Below are positions 1-9,289 of a stretch of DNA of 27,794 nt, in pieces. Position 1 is the first letter of the stretch. Each line of letters opens with the position of its first letter. This stretch comes from Candidatus Nitrosotalea bavarica. GTDB taxonomy: Archaea > Thermoproteota > Nitrososphaeria > Nitrososphaerales > Nitrosopumilaceae. A model generated the notes under the pieces. That model saw nothing but the letters and a program-made list of their open reading frames with translations. It made no database searches and was not told the DNA's origin. The stretch spans positions 51,550-79,343 of the forward strand of contig NZ_FUYK01000001.1 of the NCBI RefSeq assembly GCF_900167955.1, read 5' to 3'. A program made the translations under genes and the position numbers.

Positions 1-1
1 C

Positions 2-412
2 CACAGTGTAGAAATTCTGATCATTTTTCCAATTATTGTATATGGATGGATAGTTGTCTGCTTTTTCTTCATGTATGCCTTGAATACTTCTCTAAGCTTT
101 GGAGCTTTGATGATTATCACGGTGGGAATTATTTTTGCAGCAAGAATTGCGTCATATTGGAATGAGAAGCTTGCTGAAGAAATTATGAAATTTTTGCCAT
201 TTAGTTTACTTTTTACACTTTTAATAAATCCCGTCTTGGATACTAATAAAATTCTTAGTTCCATAGAACACTTTCCAATAATATTATTTGAATTGACAAT
301 CTTTATCATATTTACTGGCATTCTAGAAGGAGTTCTCAAGTTAATTCATTTTCAAGCATCAAAAGGCCGTCACCCTTCAACAGATCGTAGTTCTCCAATT
401 AAAGAAACATAG
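2..412 (+). CDS. Hypothetical integral membrane protein, probably 5'-truncated by the window edge
   Basis: The frame of the 71..412 ORF stays open back to base 2 (HSVEILIIFPIIVYGWIVVCFFF precedes the first Met), so the gene likely starts upstream of the window. It has several helix-length hydrophobic segments. No family motif recognised. Confidence 0.45.
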   Translation, partial: HSVEILIIFPIIVYGWIVVCFFFMYALNTSLSFGALMIITVGIIFAARIASYWNEKLAEEIMKFLPFSLLFTLLINPVLDTNKILSSIEHFPIILFELTIFIIFTGILEGVLKLIHFQASKGRHPSTDRSSPIKET

Positions 413-577
413 AATCATTTGATGGACTAATACTAATTTGGAGTAAGTTCAGATTAGATAGATTTGAAAAATTGTGACTAAAAATATCTAATACGAGGAG
501 AGCTTGTTGCAATTGGTAGCATGATTGCAGTCACAAAACCGATCTTTTTATCAGTCGATTCATTTTTGTCACTCATG

Positions 578-2068
578 TTAATCTTTTCTCATTGAAGACG
601 ACGTCTTGCTTAATGAATCATCAGTTTTATCAGATTCAATAGATTCCTTGGTCATCTCTATTCCAAAACGCGCTTTGACAGCATCAACGGTATCATTGTA
701 ACCATCCTGTAAGAGATGTTTTATTGTGTTTGATGAAAAATCAAAAATTTTATTTGAGACAGAATAATCATCATGTTTTCTTTGTACTCTAATTATTTCA
801 CCAATATTGAAAGCTCCTTCAACACCATCACGATACATAGTTGCTCTTACTCCTTCTAATCGTTCTTGAACAGGTATTGGTCTATCAAGTAATTCATCAA
901 TCATTTTCTGGGTTGTGCCATGATCCTTTGCCAACTGGATCAACTCTTTTACTAGTTGCGAATACATCTGGAAAGCTAACAATACGGTCTCATCATTTTT
1001 GGATCTATCACCAAAAGATATGTCAGAATTTCTATTCACTGCTCCATCATGATCCCAAGGAACCTTGTCAACTCTTGCGGGGTGTAAGTTTACCTGAAAT
1101 ACATTAAGCTTTGGCACTGCATCCTTTACTTTCTTTCCAAAGTACCAATATTGCCGATGAGCCATAACCACTTGCAATAATGGAGTATTAGCTAGAATAC
1201 CACCATCCCAGAAATAACGTGTCTCTTTTTTATAGCTCTTTGTTTGAGGATCATAGCGCTCCGCTTCAATTTGAGTATAATCAAAATTTATGGGAACTGC
1301 AGCACTTGCAATGACATGATCAGAAGTTATTCCTTGAGGATATTTTATTTCATGTTCGTAACCAATTATTTTTTGGTTCTCATTTGAACCATTATTATTC
1401 TCTACAATTAATCTCCCATATCCTGATTTTCTAGTACCATCTTCTTTTGCATAACTATCAAACACTACAGGCAAGCTTTCCATTACATCTACCGTAACCA
1501 GTAGCAACCTGGGTTGATTATCCTCACGACTGGTAGCAATGGGAAACTTTGCAAATTTTTCAAGACTCGCTTTTAGCGGATGATTGTCATATCGGTACCA
1601 TGAATTAAGAGGATCAAAGAATTTTTTATCGGGTTCTGCATGAGGCGGAGAAAAGACATTGGGTGCTCCGGTTATAGCAAATTCCTTTGATGAGTAATAT
1701 CTCCTTGCCGTTTCTCCTTTAGCAACATCGAAAAATTTGTTCCAATATCCCCACCACGACATCATGTAATCAGCAAATTTATCCGGAATGGATTCTGTTG
1801 AAATATAATTCCAAAAGTCAATTAGTTTTTCAGCTGATCCTTCCCATGTCTTGTTTTCTATCACATAACTTGTAAGAATTGCAGAATTTATTGCACCAAT
1901 AGAAGTTCCTGCAATAATATCAAATATCTGTCTACCAGCATCTCCTATTTTTTTGTCTCGGTATTTTATGAATTGGTATCCTGCCTTGTAAGCCCCAACC
2001 TCATATGCACCAAGTGAGCCTCCGCCTTGGAGAATCACTGCTCTTTCTTCCTTTGGAATTGATGCCAT
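578..2068 (-). CDS. Patatin-like phospholipase family protein
   Basis: 496-aa ORF with the full patatin catalytic signature: oxyanion-hole GGGSLGAYEVG near the N-terminus, nucleophile elbow GTSIGA (GxSxG), and the catalytic Asp motif in YFWDGGILANTPL (DGG). Confidence 0.9.
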   Translation of the reverse strand: MASIPKEERAVILQGGGSLGAYEVGAYKAGYQFIKYRDKKIGDAGRQIFDIIAGTSIGAINSAILTSYVIENKTWEGSAEKLIDFWNYISTESIPDKFADYMMSWWGYWNKFFDVAKGETARRYYSSKEFAITGAPNVFSPPHAEPDKKFFDPLNSWYRYDNHPLKASLEKFAKFPIATSREDNQPRLLLVTVDVMESLPVVFDSYAKEDGTRKSGYGRLIVENNNGSNENQKIIGYEHEIKYPQGITSDHVIASAAVPINFDYTQIEAERYDPQTKSYKKETRYFWDGGILANTPLLQVVMAHRQYWYFGKKVKDAVPKLNVFQVNLHPARVDKVPWDHDGAVNRNSDISFGDRSKNDETVLLAFQMYSQLVKELIQLAKDHGTTQKMIDELLDRPIPVQERLEGVRATMYRDGVEGAFNIGEIIRVQRKHDDYSVSNKIFDFSSNTIKHLLQDGYNDTVDAVKARFGIEMTKESIESDKTDDSLSKTSSSMRKD

Positions 2069-2167
2069 GTAAAAGTAAAGTAGGTTTATGATAATAAAAG
2101 ATCAGGCATAATTATCAATTGTGAAAACTAGTATACTAGTCATATGCATTGACACTATAGAAATCAT

Positions 2168-2731
2168 ATGACAATGGATGTTCAAAAAGCTAAACGGGTA
2201 AGAATTATTAAATTCATCATAGGAGGAATTCTTGTTGGTTTTGCGACATATCGTTTTGTTAACATCACTAATGTGTCACCAATTTGGTCCACATATCCAG
2301 GACTAGCTGTATTGATAATTGGAATTGTCAACATATTACAAGGAATTTTAAGCAAAAATGATTCTAAAATGACAAGAACAATTGAAACTGGCATAGGAAT
2401 AATTGGAATAGTTGTAGGAATATTTGTTAAAGCGTTCATATCGGATACTTCATCGAGTTTTAGTTGGCTCATTTCATTATTTCTTATCATTCAAAGTGTA
2501 GGATTTATTGCTACGGGAATTACTCAAAGTAACAAGTCAAAAGCAGTTAGAATTCCAAAAATCATAATCGGAGCTGGCATCATGACATCTCTAATTGGAA
2601 CATTTTTTGAATTACATAATTTGCCAATAACAGAGATAACCATTTTGTTGTCAATCAACATACTCATCATAGGAATTGGAATTATTACAAGTGCAATCAA
2701 ACATAAAATAGTTCAAAATTCTTCATCATAA
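2168..2731 (+). CDS. Multi-pass membrane protein of unknown function (possibly HdeD/DUF308-like)
   Basis: 187-aa ORF made almost entirely of about 6 hydrophobic helices with repeated small-residue GIxxIxxGI patterns (IETGIGIIGIVVGIF, INILIIGIGIITSAI). The family assignment is only a resemblance. Confidence 0.55.
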   Translation: MTMDVQKAKRVRIIKFIIGGILVGFATYRFVNITNVSPIWSTYPGLAVLIIGIVNILQGILSKNDSKMTRTIETGIGIIGIVVGIFVKAFISDTSSSFSWLISLFLIIQSVGFIATGITQSNKSKAVRIPKIIIGAGIMTSLIGTFFELHNLPITEITILLSINILIIGIGIITSAIKHKIVQNSSS

Positions 2732-2819
2732 TAACTGATTTTATCAAACTGTCAAAGTCTTGAAAATAATGAAAATTTCTTGTGTGCTACCTTTTTGTTT
2801 CCCGTATAGAACCTAATAT

Positions 2820-3854
2820 CTACAATGGATAAAGAATTAGAAATACGCCAACAAGTACAATGGGTGCAATTATGCGCATTTTAAAATCTACTTTACGCGA
2901 ATAGTTCAAATCATACTTGTCACCGTAACGAAGACTCAAACGGTTATGAACTAAAACAGAGATTATACAAAAAGTATACAGTGCATATGATGCCATCATT
3001 ATCTTGTCAGCAACTGTAAGATATCCCAACGGCGGAAGTTCTCCCAAAAGAAATTGGGCATGGAAATATGTAGCTGCAAGTATTGCTCCTACGGCAATAG
3101 CTGTTCGTTCTGACAGAGAATCGGGTTTAAACCAAAATGCTCCAATAACTAATCCGTCAAGGATAAGGACTGTGAATAATTTCTTCAAGAGTGTCATAAA
3201 AGCTGGAGATGAAACATCATAATGTACAACTAGACGCGAAAAATGGCCCCATGGATAATCATGAATAGTACTTTCAACAGTACCGGGTGATAGATTCCAA
3301 CCAGGTATATCGCTATCAGCAGATGAATCCTGACCAGAGTATGCTTTGTTTGCTGTAAGTATCACTTTATCTGCAGTTAGAGGAAAAAATGGTTCTACAA
3401 TTATTGGCATATCCAGTATTTCAAAAGGATACATACGGAAATCAAACCCATTTTGGAAAACACCAGATACCTTAAACTTTTTTAGGTGTGGCTCTAGATC
3501 CAAACCAGAAGTTTGAATTTGATCACCATTTACAAAATCTAGTTCAGGAGGAGGATTCACAGTAAAATCGGTTTTGTCAGAAACAATTGTAACCCAAAAT
3601 GTCATATCATAAGTTCCACTGAGTCGATTAACATCTTTAACATCCATCAACTGAATTCCCACTTTGTATTCTTGAATTCCTGAAAGATTGGTCTGGTTAT
3701 CAATGGGTTCACTTTGCAAACTTGGGAGGGCATTGTTCTGAGCCATTACAGGATTGGTAGTAAATAGTGTGTAGAACAACAATATCAATAGTGAAAAAAA
3801 CAAACATTTTCCAAGGTCAATGTTTTTCGCGAGTTTTGCCAAAGATGAATTCAA
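2820..3854 (-). CDS. Pentameric ligand-gated ion channel (Cys-loop receptor superfamily)-like protein, prokaryotic type
   Basis: 344 aa. N-terminal hydrophobic signal/anchor (LFFSLLILLFYTLF..VMA), then a roughly 190-aa extracellular domain. It carries beta1-beta2-like VGIQLMDVKDVNRLSGTYDMTFWVTI and a Cys-loop-equivalent FRMYPFEILDMPIIVE (compare the FPFDxQ motif). M1 ends in AFWF. M2-M3 reads SERTAIAVGAILAATYFHAQFLLGELPPLGYLTVADKIMMASYALYTF (compare eR..lgit.lL......lP.vsY.t.iD). A short M3-M4 loop and a C-terminal M4 follow. Confidence 0.7.
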   Translation of the reverse strand: MNSSLAKLAKNIDLGKCLFFSLLILLFYTLFTTNPVMAQNNALPSLQSEPIDNQTNLSGIQEYKVGIQLMDVKDVNRLSGTYDMTFWVTIVSDKTDFTVNPPPELDFVNGDQIQTSGLDLEPHLKKFKVSGVFQNGFDFRMYPFEILDMPIIVEPFFPLTADKVILTANKAYSGQDSSADSDIPGWNLSPGTVESTIHDYPWGHFSRLVVHYDVSSPAFMTLLKKLFTVLILDGLVIGAFWFKPDSLSERTAIAVGAILAATYFHAQFLLGELPPLGYLTVADKIMMASYALYTFCIISVLVHNRLSLRYGDKYDLNYSRKVDFKMRIIAPIVLVGVFLILYPL

Positions 3855-3921
3855 AGTATTTTGCTCAGAAATAAAACAAAAGGGTAATTATCATTGATGA
3901 TTTCATAATAATAATCACATC

Positions 3922-5307
3922 TTAAAGGTCAAACTCTAGAGTTTTTGGCGAACCAACTTTTGTTTTGAGGCGGCCAGAATTAATAGCTGCTTTGAACACT
4001 TTAAAATCACGTTCTACCTGGTCAGCATATGCAATTGAATACTGAACCATGGCATCATCAAAATTTTCTTTTGTTCCTAAATATCCTGCAATCATCTCCA
4101 CTTCCCCAGCTTTTGCATGGGCCCGTGCCAATGCCCAACCACATACGGTTGCATATGCGGTGAGAGTTCTAGGGTTAAAGGTTTCAACTTCAGGGGAGAC
4201 TTTCATATCACGAAGTTGTCTAACGTAGAAATCTCGTCCATTGAAATTGCGATACCAGCCTAAAAATATGTCACTAGATGCCTGCATAAGATGTTGTCCG
4301 TGCACAACTCTGTGACCTTGATGTTCAAAGAGACTTTTTCCAAATGTGGGCTCCAATACGGATCTTCTTGCTTCCTTGACTTGAAGAAATAGTGGATCAT
4401 CTTCGTCGGCAAGAAACAGAGATACATAACAACGCAGTCCTACACTACCAACTCCAACAACTTTTACGGCAGCATCTTGAAAATGAAAACGCTCCAACAA
4501 ATGTTGTCTGTCAGTCTGTAATGATTTTCTATAATCCTCAAGACTTGTCTGTGCTAGCTTGTTTATGTCCAGATTTTGGACGTGATAGATAAGTGGAGGA
4601 TCCTCCTTTATTCTTGTATTTCCTTTTACAGCCTCTGTAAGCTTTGGAAATATAGCTTCAGATGTTTTGGAGAGTGCCTTGGGTTGTGCACTCTTCAAAC
4701 GATCAATCATTTGTTTATCTTTTTTAAAAAATTCTAAAAGATTTTCGACTGTGATTTGCGTATACCATCTCTGAAGTACAGTCTGATCAGCAAATTCTGA
4801 CATGTGTTCCCTATAAGATGCAACAGCTGCTCTGACTGCATTTTCTGCAACATTCTTTGAAAAATCAAGATCCCTTGCGGCAAGTTCCATACTTACTACA
4901 AGTCGTTTAATGTCCCACTCCCATGGACCAGGAAATGTCTCATCAAAATCATTGATATCAAAAACCATATTGCGTTCTGCTGATGCAAAACCTCCAAAGT
5001 TCATCAAATGACAATCACCACACAACTGGACATGTATTCCAGATACTGGAGAATGCTCTAGATCCCGAGCTTGAATGATTGATGTACCACGAAAGAATTT
5101 GAAAGTAGATTCTGACATTCTCTGATATCTAATGGCGATAAGACCAGGAATTCTGTCAACATTAGTATCTTCTAATAGTTTTATTGGATCAATCGAAGAC
5201 GAACGAGGTTCAAACTTGGCATGCGTGCTACGTGAACATTTTTCGCGAAGTACCTTTCCTTGTTGGATCCTTTCTGCTTTAGTGATGATGTTTGGTTTCA
5301 TTTCCAC
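3922..5307 (-). CDS. DUF2252 domain-containing protein
   Basis: 461-aa ORF with blocks typical of the DUF2252 family: RIPGLIAIRYQRMSESTFKFFRGTSIIQARDL, VQLCGDCHLMNFGGFASAERNMVFDINDFDETFPGPWEWDIKRL. The HxxN and DxNDFD arrangement resembles aminoglycoside/protein-kinase-like catalytic loops (inference). Confidence 0.85.
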   Translation of the reverse strand: MEMKPNIITKAERIQQGKVLREKCSRSTHAKFEPRSSSIDPIKLLEDTNVDRIPGLIAIRYQRMSESTFKFFRGTSIIQARDLEHSPVSGIHVQLCGDCHLMNFGGFASAERNMVFDINDFDETFPGPWEWDIKRLVVSMELAARDLDFSKNVAENAVRAAVASYREHMSEFADQTVLQRWYTQITVENLLEFFKKDKQMIDRLKSAQPKALSKTSEAIFPKLTEAVKGNTRIKEDPPLIYHVQNLDINKLAQTSLEDYRKSLQTDRQHLLERFHFQDAAVKVVGVGSVGLRCYVSLFLADEDDPLFLQVKEARRSVLEPTFGKSLFEHQGHRVVHGQHLMQASSDIFLGWYRNFNGRDFYVRQLRDMKVSPEVETFNPRTLTAYATVCGWALARAHAKAGEVEMIAGYLGTKENFDDAMVQYSIAYADQVERDFKVFKAAINSGRLKTKVGSPKTLEFDL

Positions 5308-5560
5308 CCCAAGTTTGAAAATAGAATATTTCGCATCAATTCGATATTATCTCTAACTTGTAAAATAAAAGGTTAGATCCATGTATCACGTCTGATAACC
5401 ACTAAAAGTTCCATTCACAAGAAATTTGGCATGTGCCAAAAACAGCTCAATTTCTGTCAAAAGTTTAATATAAAACACATATGCTTTCCGATCCAGTTAT
5501 GATACAAAAAATAACCCAGATCATATCGTTGCGATCTGAAAATAAAGAGGAGAGATCCTT

Positions 5561-7684
5561 TTGAATCCAGTAGTCAAAATTTTTGAAGAAACATTTGCAA
5601 CAGATCATAAGGTAATTACCGAAGATCTATCAAAATCCGTACTAAAGAAATATGGTATCAAAGTTCCAGGCTATGCACTTGTAAAAAGTGCAAATGATGC
5701 TGCAAAGGCTGCCAAAAGATTAGGTTTCCCACTTGTAATGAAAATAGTCTCGCCACAAATACTTCACAAAAGTGATGTCGGTGGAGTAAAGGTAGGATTA
5801 CAAAACGAAAAAGATGTCAAAAAGGCATTTCTTGAAATGTACCCAAGACTCTCAAAGAAAAAAGGAGTACAAGTAAAAGGAATCTTACTTGAGAAGATGG
5901 TACCACAAGGAGTTGAGCTTATCATAGGACTCCAAAATGATCCACAGTTTGGTCCAGTAATAATGGTAGGACTAGGTGGTGTCTTGACTGAGATATTCAA
6001 AGATGTCGCATTTAGAATGCTACCAATCACATTAGATGATGCAAAATCAATGCTTGCAGAGCTAAAGGGCTCCAAGATTCTGTCAGGGTATAGAGGTACA
6101 AAACCAATTGATTTGACAATGCTTGCAAAAGCAATTGTCCAGATTGGAAAAATTGGTGTTGACAATGCAAATTACTTTGACAGTATTGATTTCAATCCAA
6201 TTGTAGTATATCCAAAGTCATACTATGTTGTTGACGCAAAAATAATTCTAAGAAAAGAGATCAAAAAGGATGCAATCTCTACTGCAAAACCAAACATCGA
6301 ATTCATGGAGACATTCTTTACACCACAATCAGTTGCACTGGTTGGCGCATCATCAACTCCAGGTAAAATAGGAAACTCTGTACTTGACAGCATTGCAAAG
6401 CACGATTACACGGGCAAAGTATACCCAATCAATCCTAAAGCAGAAGAGATTTTGGGACTGAAATGTTATCCATCAATTGAATCAATCCCAGACAAAGTTG
6501 ATCTAGTTGTAGTATGTGTTGACTTGTCAGTTACACCACCAGTTCTAGAAGCATGTGCCAAGAAAGGAATTCACAATGTCGTAATAGTATCAGGTGGTGG
6601 AAAGGAACTTGGAGGAGAAAGAGCAGATTTTGAATCACAAATTAAGAGCCTCTCAGAACAGCACAAAATAAGAATTATCGGTCCAAACTGTATTGGTATG
6701 TTCAATGCAGCAAACAGACTAGACTGTGCATTCCAAGGCCAAGAGCGAATGGTCCGTGCAAAGCTTGGTCCAGTTGCATTGTTGTCACAAAGTGGAACAA
6801 TGGGAATCAGTTTCTTAGAGACTGCAGACTCGTTTGGATTATCAAAAATGGTAAGCTATGGCAACAGATCAGATGTCGATGAAGCAGACATGATCTGGTA
6901 CTTGGCAAATGATCCTCAAACCAAAGTAATTGCATTATATGTAGAAGGTTTTGGTGATGGAAGAAAATTCATCGAGACAGCAAAACGAGTAATGAAAGAA
7001 AAACACAAACCAATTCTAATCTGGAAGAGTGGAAGAAGTACACTTGGAGCAAAACAAGCAGCTTCACACACAGGTTCACTTGGAGGTTCTAATGCAATCA
7101 TCCAAGGAGCATTCAAACAAGCAGGAATTGTTTCAGTAGAAAGTTACCAAGAACTTGCTGCAAATGCCAAGGCACTAGCATGGCAACCAGCAGCTAAAGG
7201 TCCAAGAGTTGGCCTAGTTAGTAATGGTGCAGGCCCAATGATTGGTGCAATAGACCAATTTGAAAAATACGGACTAGAACTTGGTAAGGTAACAGAAGCA
7301 ACACTCAAGGAAATGAAAGCACATTATCCTCCAACATATGTAATTGGAAACGGCAACCCAGCAGATGTAACTGGAGGAGCAAATGCAGACGACTATAGAT
7401 ATTCCATACAAAAATTCATGGACGATCCAAACATCGACATTGTAATGCCATGGTTTGTCTTCCAAGATGATCCACTTGAAGAAACAATCATTGATTATCT
7501 TGGCGAGTTCTCAAAGCAAGGCAAGAAACCATTACTTGTAGGTGGAAACGGCGGTCCTTATACAGCCAAAGTAGCTGGATTAATTGAAAAGCACAATGTT
7601 CCAGTCTATGACGACTTGCGAGACTGGGTTGCAGCAGCATCTGCTTTACACCAGTGGGGCAAGCATAAACCAAAGGAGTCTTGA
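5561..7684 (+). CDS. ADP-forming (NDP-forming) acyl-CoA synthetase, fused ATP-grasp + CoA-ligase domains; likely 3-hydroxypropionyl-CoA synthetase of the HP/HB cycle
   Basis: 707 aa. The N-terminal ATP-grasp half ([36 protein letters not shown]) is followed by the CoA-binding Rossmann motif ([20 protein letters not shown]) and the phosphohistidine loop ([15 protein letters not shown]). The TTG start is preceded by purine-rich GAGGAGAG at 5547-5554. An enoyl-CoA hydratase follows after 1 nt, the adjacency I recall for N. maritimus Nmar_1309/Nmar_1308. Substrate assignment is by recalled synteny, not by sequence. Confidence 0.85.
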   Translation: MNPVVKIFEETFATDHKVITEDLSKSVLKKYGIKVPGYALVKSANDAAKAAKRLGFPLVMKIVSPQILHKSDVGGVKVGLQNEKDVKKAFLEMYPRLSKKKGVQVKGILLEKMVPQGVELIIGLQNDPQFGPVIMVGLGGVLTEIFKDVAFRMLPITLDDAKSMLAELKGSKILSGYRGTKPIDLTMLAKAIVQIGKIGVDNANYFDSIDFNPIVVYPKSYYVVDAKIILRKEIKKDAISTAKPNIEFMETFFTPQSVALVGASSTPGKIGNSVLDSIAKHDYTGKVYPINPKAEEILGLKCYPSIESIPDKVDLVVVCVDLSVTPPVLEACAKKGIHNVVIVSGGGKELGGERADFESQIKSLSEQHKIRIIGPNCIGMFNAANRLDCAFQGQERMVRAKLGPVALLSQSGTMGISFLETADSFGLSKMVSYGNRSDVDEADMIWYLANDPQTKVIALYVEGFGDGRKFIETAKRVMKEKHKPILIWKSGRSTLGAKQAASHTGSLGGSNAIIQGAFKQAGIVSVESYQELAANAKALAWQPAAKGPRVGLVSNGAGPMIGAIDQFEKYGLELGKVTEATLKEMKAHYPPTYVIGNGNPADVTGGANADDYRYSIQKFMDDPNIDIVMPWFVFQDDPLEETIIDYLGEFSKQGKKPLLVGGNGGPYTAKVAGLIEKHNVPVYDDLRDWVAAASALHQWGKHKPKES

Positions 7685-7685
7685 G

Positions 7686-8447
7686 ATGTCCCTAGTTCTA
7701 GTTTCAAAAGCAGATGGAATCTGTACAATCAAGGTTAACAGACCAGACAAGCTAAATGCAATGAACATGGATGTTGCAAATGATATCATCCAAGTATTCA
7801 AAGAAATTGAAACAGATGATTCTGTCAAGGTTGTAGTTTTAACAGGAGAAGGTGACAAGGCATTCTCTGCAGGTGCAGATATTGCATACATGTCAACAAT
7901 TACACCAATAGAATCTGAGACCTATGCAAAACTTGGTCATCTTCTAACTTATACAGTTGAAAATTGTAGCAGACCAACAATTGCAGCAATCAACGGATTT
8001 GCATTAGGGGGAGGGTGTGAGCTTGCACTTGCTTGTGATATCAGAGTAGCTGCAGATACTGCAAGAATTGGACAACCCGAAGTAACAATTGGCGTATGCC
8101 CAGGTTGGGGTGGAACTCAAAGATTACAAAGAATAATCGGAATATCTCAAGCAAAAGATTTGATCTTTACTGGAAGAATGGTAAAGGCAGATGAAGCTAA
8201 AGAGATGGGCCTTGTAAACAAAGTAGTAGAGCTTGCAAAATTAATGGAAGAGACTATGAATATTGCAAAGATGATTGCTCAAAACTCTGCAATGGCAGTT
8301 AGAATGTCAAAGATTGCAATCAACAAGGGAAGAAACTCTGACATTGATACAGGTCTTGCATTAGAGCTATACACATGGGGTCTATGCTTTACACACCCAG
8401 ACAGAGCTGAGCGAATGACTGCGTTTGTCAACAAGTCAAAAAAGTAA
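7686..8447 (+). CDS. Enoyl-CoA hydratase/crotonase family; likely 3-hydroxypropionyl-CoA dehydratase / crotonyl-CoA hydratase
   Basis: Crotonase-fold motifs: [53 protein letters not shown] place the start at ATG 7686 ([20 protein letters not shown]), 1 nt after the upstream TGA. The longer track ORF (from 7584) overlaps the synthetase and its extra residues look non-protein-like. Confidence 0.9.
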   Translation: MSLVLVSKADGICTIKVNRPDKLNAMNMDVANDIIQVFKEIETDDSVKVVVLTGEGDKAFSAGADIAYMSTITPIESETYAKLGHLLTYTVENCSRPTIAAINGFALGGGCELALACDIRVAADTARIGQPEVTIGVCPGWGGTQRLQRIIGISQAKDLIFTGRMVKADEAKEMGLVNKVVELAKLMEETMNIAKMIAQNSAMAVRMSKIAINKGRNSDIDTGLALELYTWGLCFTHPDRAERMTAFVNKSKK

Positions 8448-8522
8448 GCTCAGACTAATCTTTGATTCCTATTATGTCCGGTAGGAAAAGATTATTATAA
8501 TTTAAAGCACGAACTAGGTTTA

Positions 8523-8873
8523 ATGAGCAACACACAGACCACTAAATTGGTCACAATTACACCAAAAGCTGCAGAAAAGGTAACTGCTTTTATGGCAGAA
8601 GAAGCCGAAAAGCCACAATTTCTCAGAGTCTACGTACAAGGAGGAGGATGCTCCGGATTATCCTACGGAATGGGATTTGAAAAAGCAGCCGAAGAAGACG
8701 ATCTTGTAATCGAAGAAAATGGTGTAAAGATGCTAATTGACAGTTACAGTGCTGACTATCTAAAAGGTGCAAACATTGACTACATAGAAAGTCTAATGGG
8801 TGCTGGATTTAAAATCAACAATCCAAACGTAACCAAGTCTTGCTCCTGTGGCCATTCATTTAACACATCTTAG
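8523..8873 (+). CDS. iscA: Iron-sulfur cluster assembly accessory protein (HesB/IscA/ErpA family, A-type carrier)
   Basis: 116 aa with FLRVYVQGGGCSGLSYG and the C-terminal CSCGHSF cysteine pair, which is the canonical A-type carrier Cys triad. An AT-rich TATA-like stretch (attattataattta, 8491-8504) is centred about 26 nt upstream of the ATG. Confidence 0.9.
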   Translation: MSNTQTTKLVTITPKAAEKVTAFMAEEAEKPQFLRVYVQGGGCSGLSYGMGFEKAAEEDDLVIEENGVKMLIDSYSADYLKGANIDYIESLMGAGFKINNPNVTKSCSCGHSFNTS

Positions 8874-9145
8874 ATTCCGAAATTTCTTTAATTTTTATTT
8901 CATATCCTAGTGTTAACAATAAACAATTACAAGTCAACTAAAAGGTGACAATAATTTCTTTAGATGAATTTATCTACAAAGGGTTCAAGCTCTGATATGG
9001 CATCATAGTAATTTTTACCAAGCCTTTTATTTCTGAATTTTTTCCCTGCTCTGTAAAATCTATTTTGTAATCTTCAATACATTTCACTAATGTTGTACTT
9101 GATTTACTAAAAATCAATCTTTGAAATAAAAAATGTAAGATACAG

Positions 9146-9289
9146 TTATTCTTTAGTTGTATCTGGTTTGGTTGTATTTGTTTGTGGCTGTATTTTTGGT
9201 AAAGATTTGCTTTTCTTACTTCTTATGTAAAATACGATGGCACCGACTGCAGCTACAATTATGCCTGCAACAATTAGTTCTGTCTTCAT
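9146..9289 (-). CDS. Candidate small single-pass membrane protein (47 aa), not in the ORF track
   Basis: Hand translation of the minus strand gives MKTELIVAGIIVAAVGAIVFYIRSKKSKSLPKIQPQTNTTKPDTTKE. This is an ATG start, one clean TM helix, then a Lys/Thr/Pro-rich tail and TAA. A TATA-like ttgattatatatg lies on the same strand about 50 nt upstream (9334-9343). It occupies the same DNA as the implausible + strand 79-aa track ORF. Confidence 0.35.
   Translation of the reverse strand: MKTELIVAGIIVAAVGAIVFYIRSKKSKSLPKIQPQTNTTKPDTTKE

Noticed and set aside
478-576. 32-codon minus-strand micro-ORF (MSDKNESTDKKIGFVTAIMLPIATSSPRIRYF) starting 1 nt after the patatin stop (TAACATG)
   Set aside because: The coupling geometry is suggestive, but the peptide is short and has no clear TM segment or motif. 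I cannot separate it from chance without conservation data.
578-5307. The idea that patatin plus neighbouring membrane proteins form a CBASS-like or other anti-phage effector system
   Set aside because: No cyclase/nucleotidyltransferase, SAVED/STING-type sensor, or other known defence partner is present. The neighbours are on mixed strands with ordinary intergenic spacing.
7584-7685. The 5' extension of the enoyl-CoA hydratase ORF as given in the track (start 7584)
   Set aside because: It overlaps the last 100 nt of the synthetase in another frame, and its residues ([34 protein letters not shown]) show no crotonase similarity. ATG 7686, 1 nt after the upstream stop, gives a canonical N-terminus.
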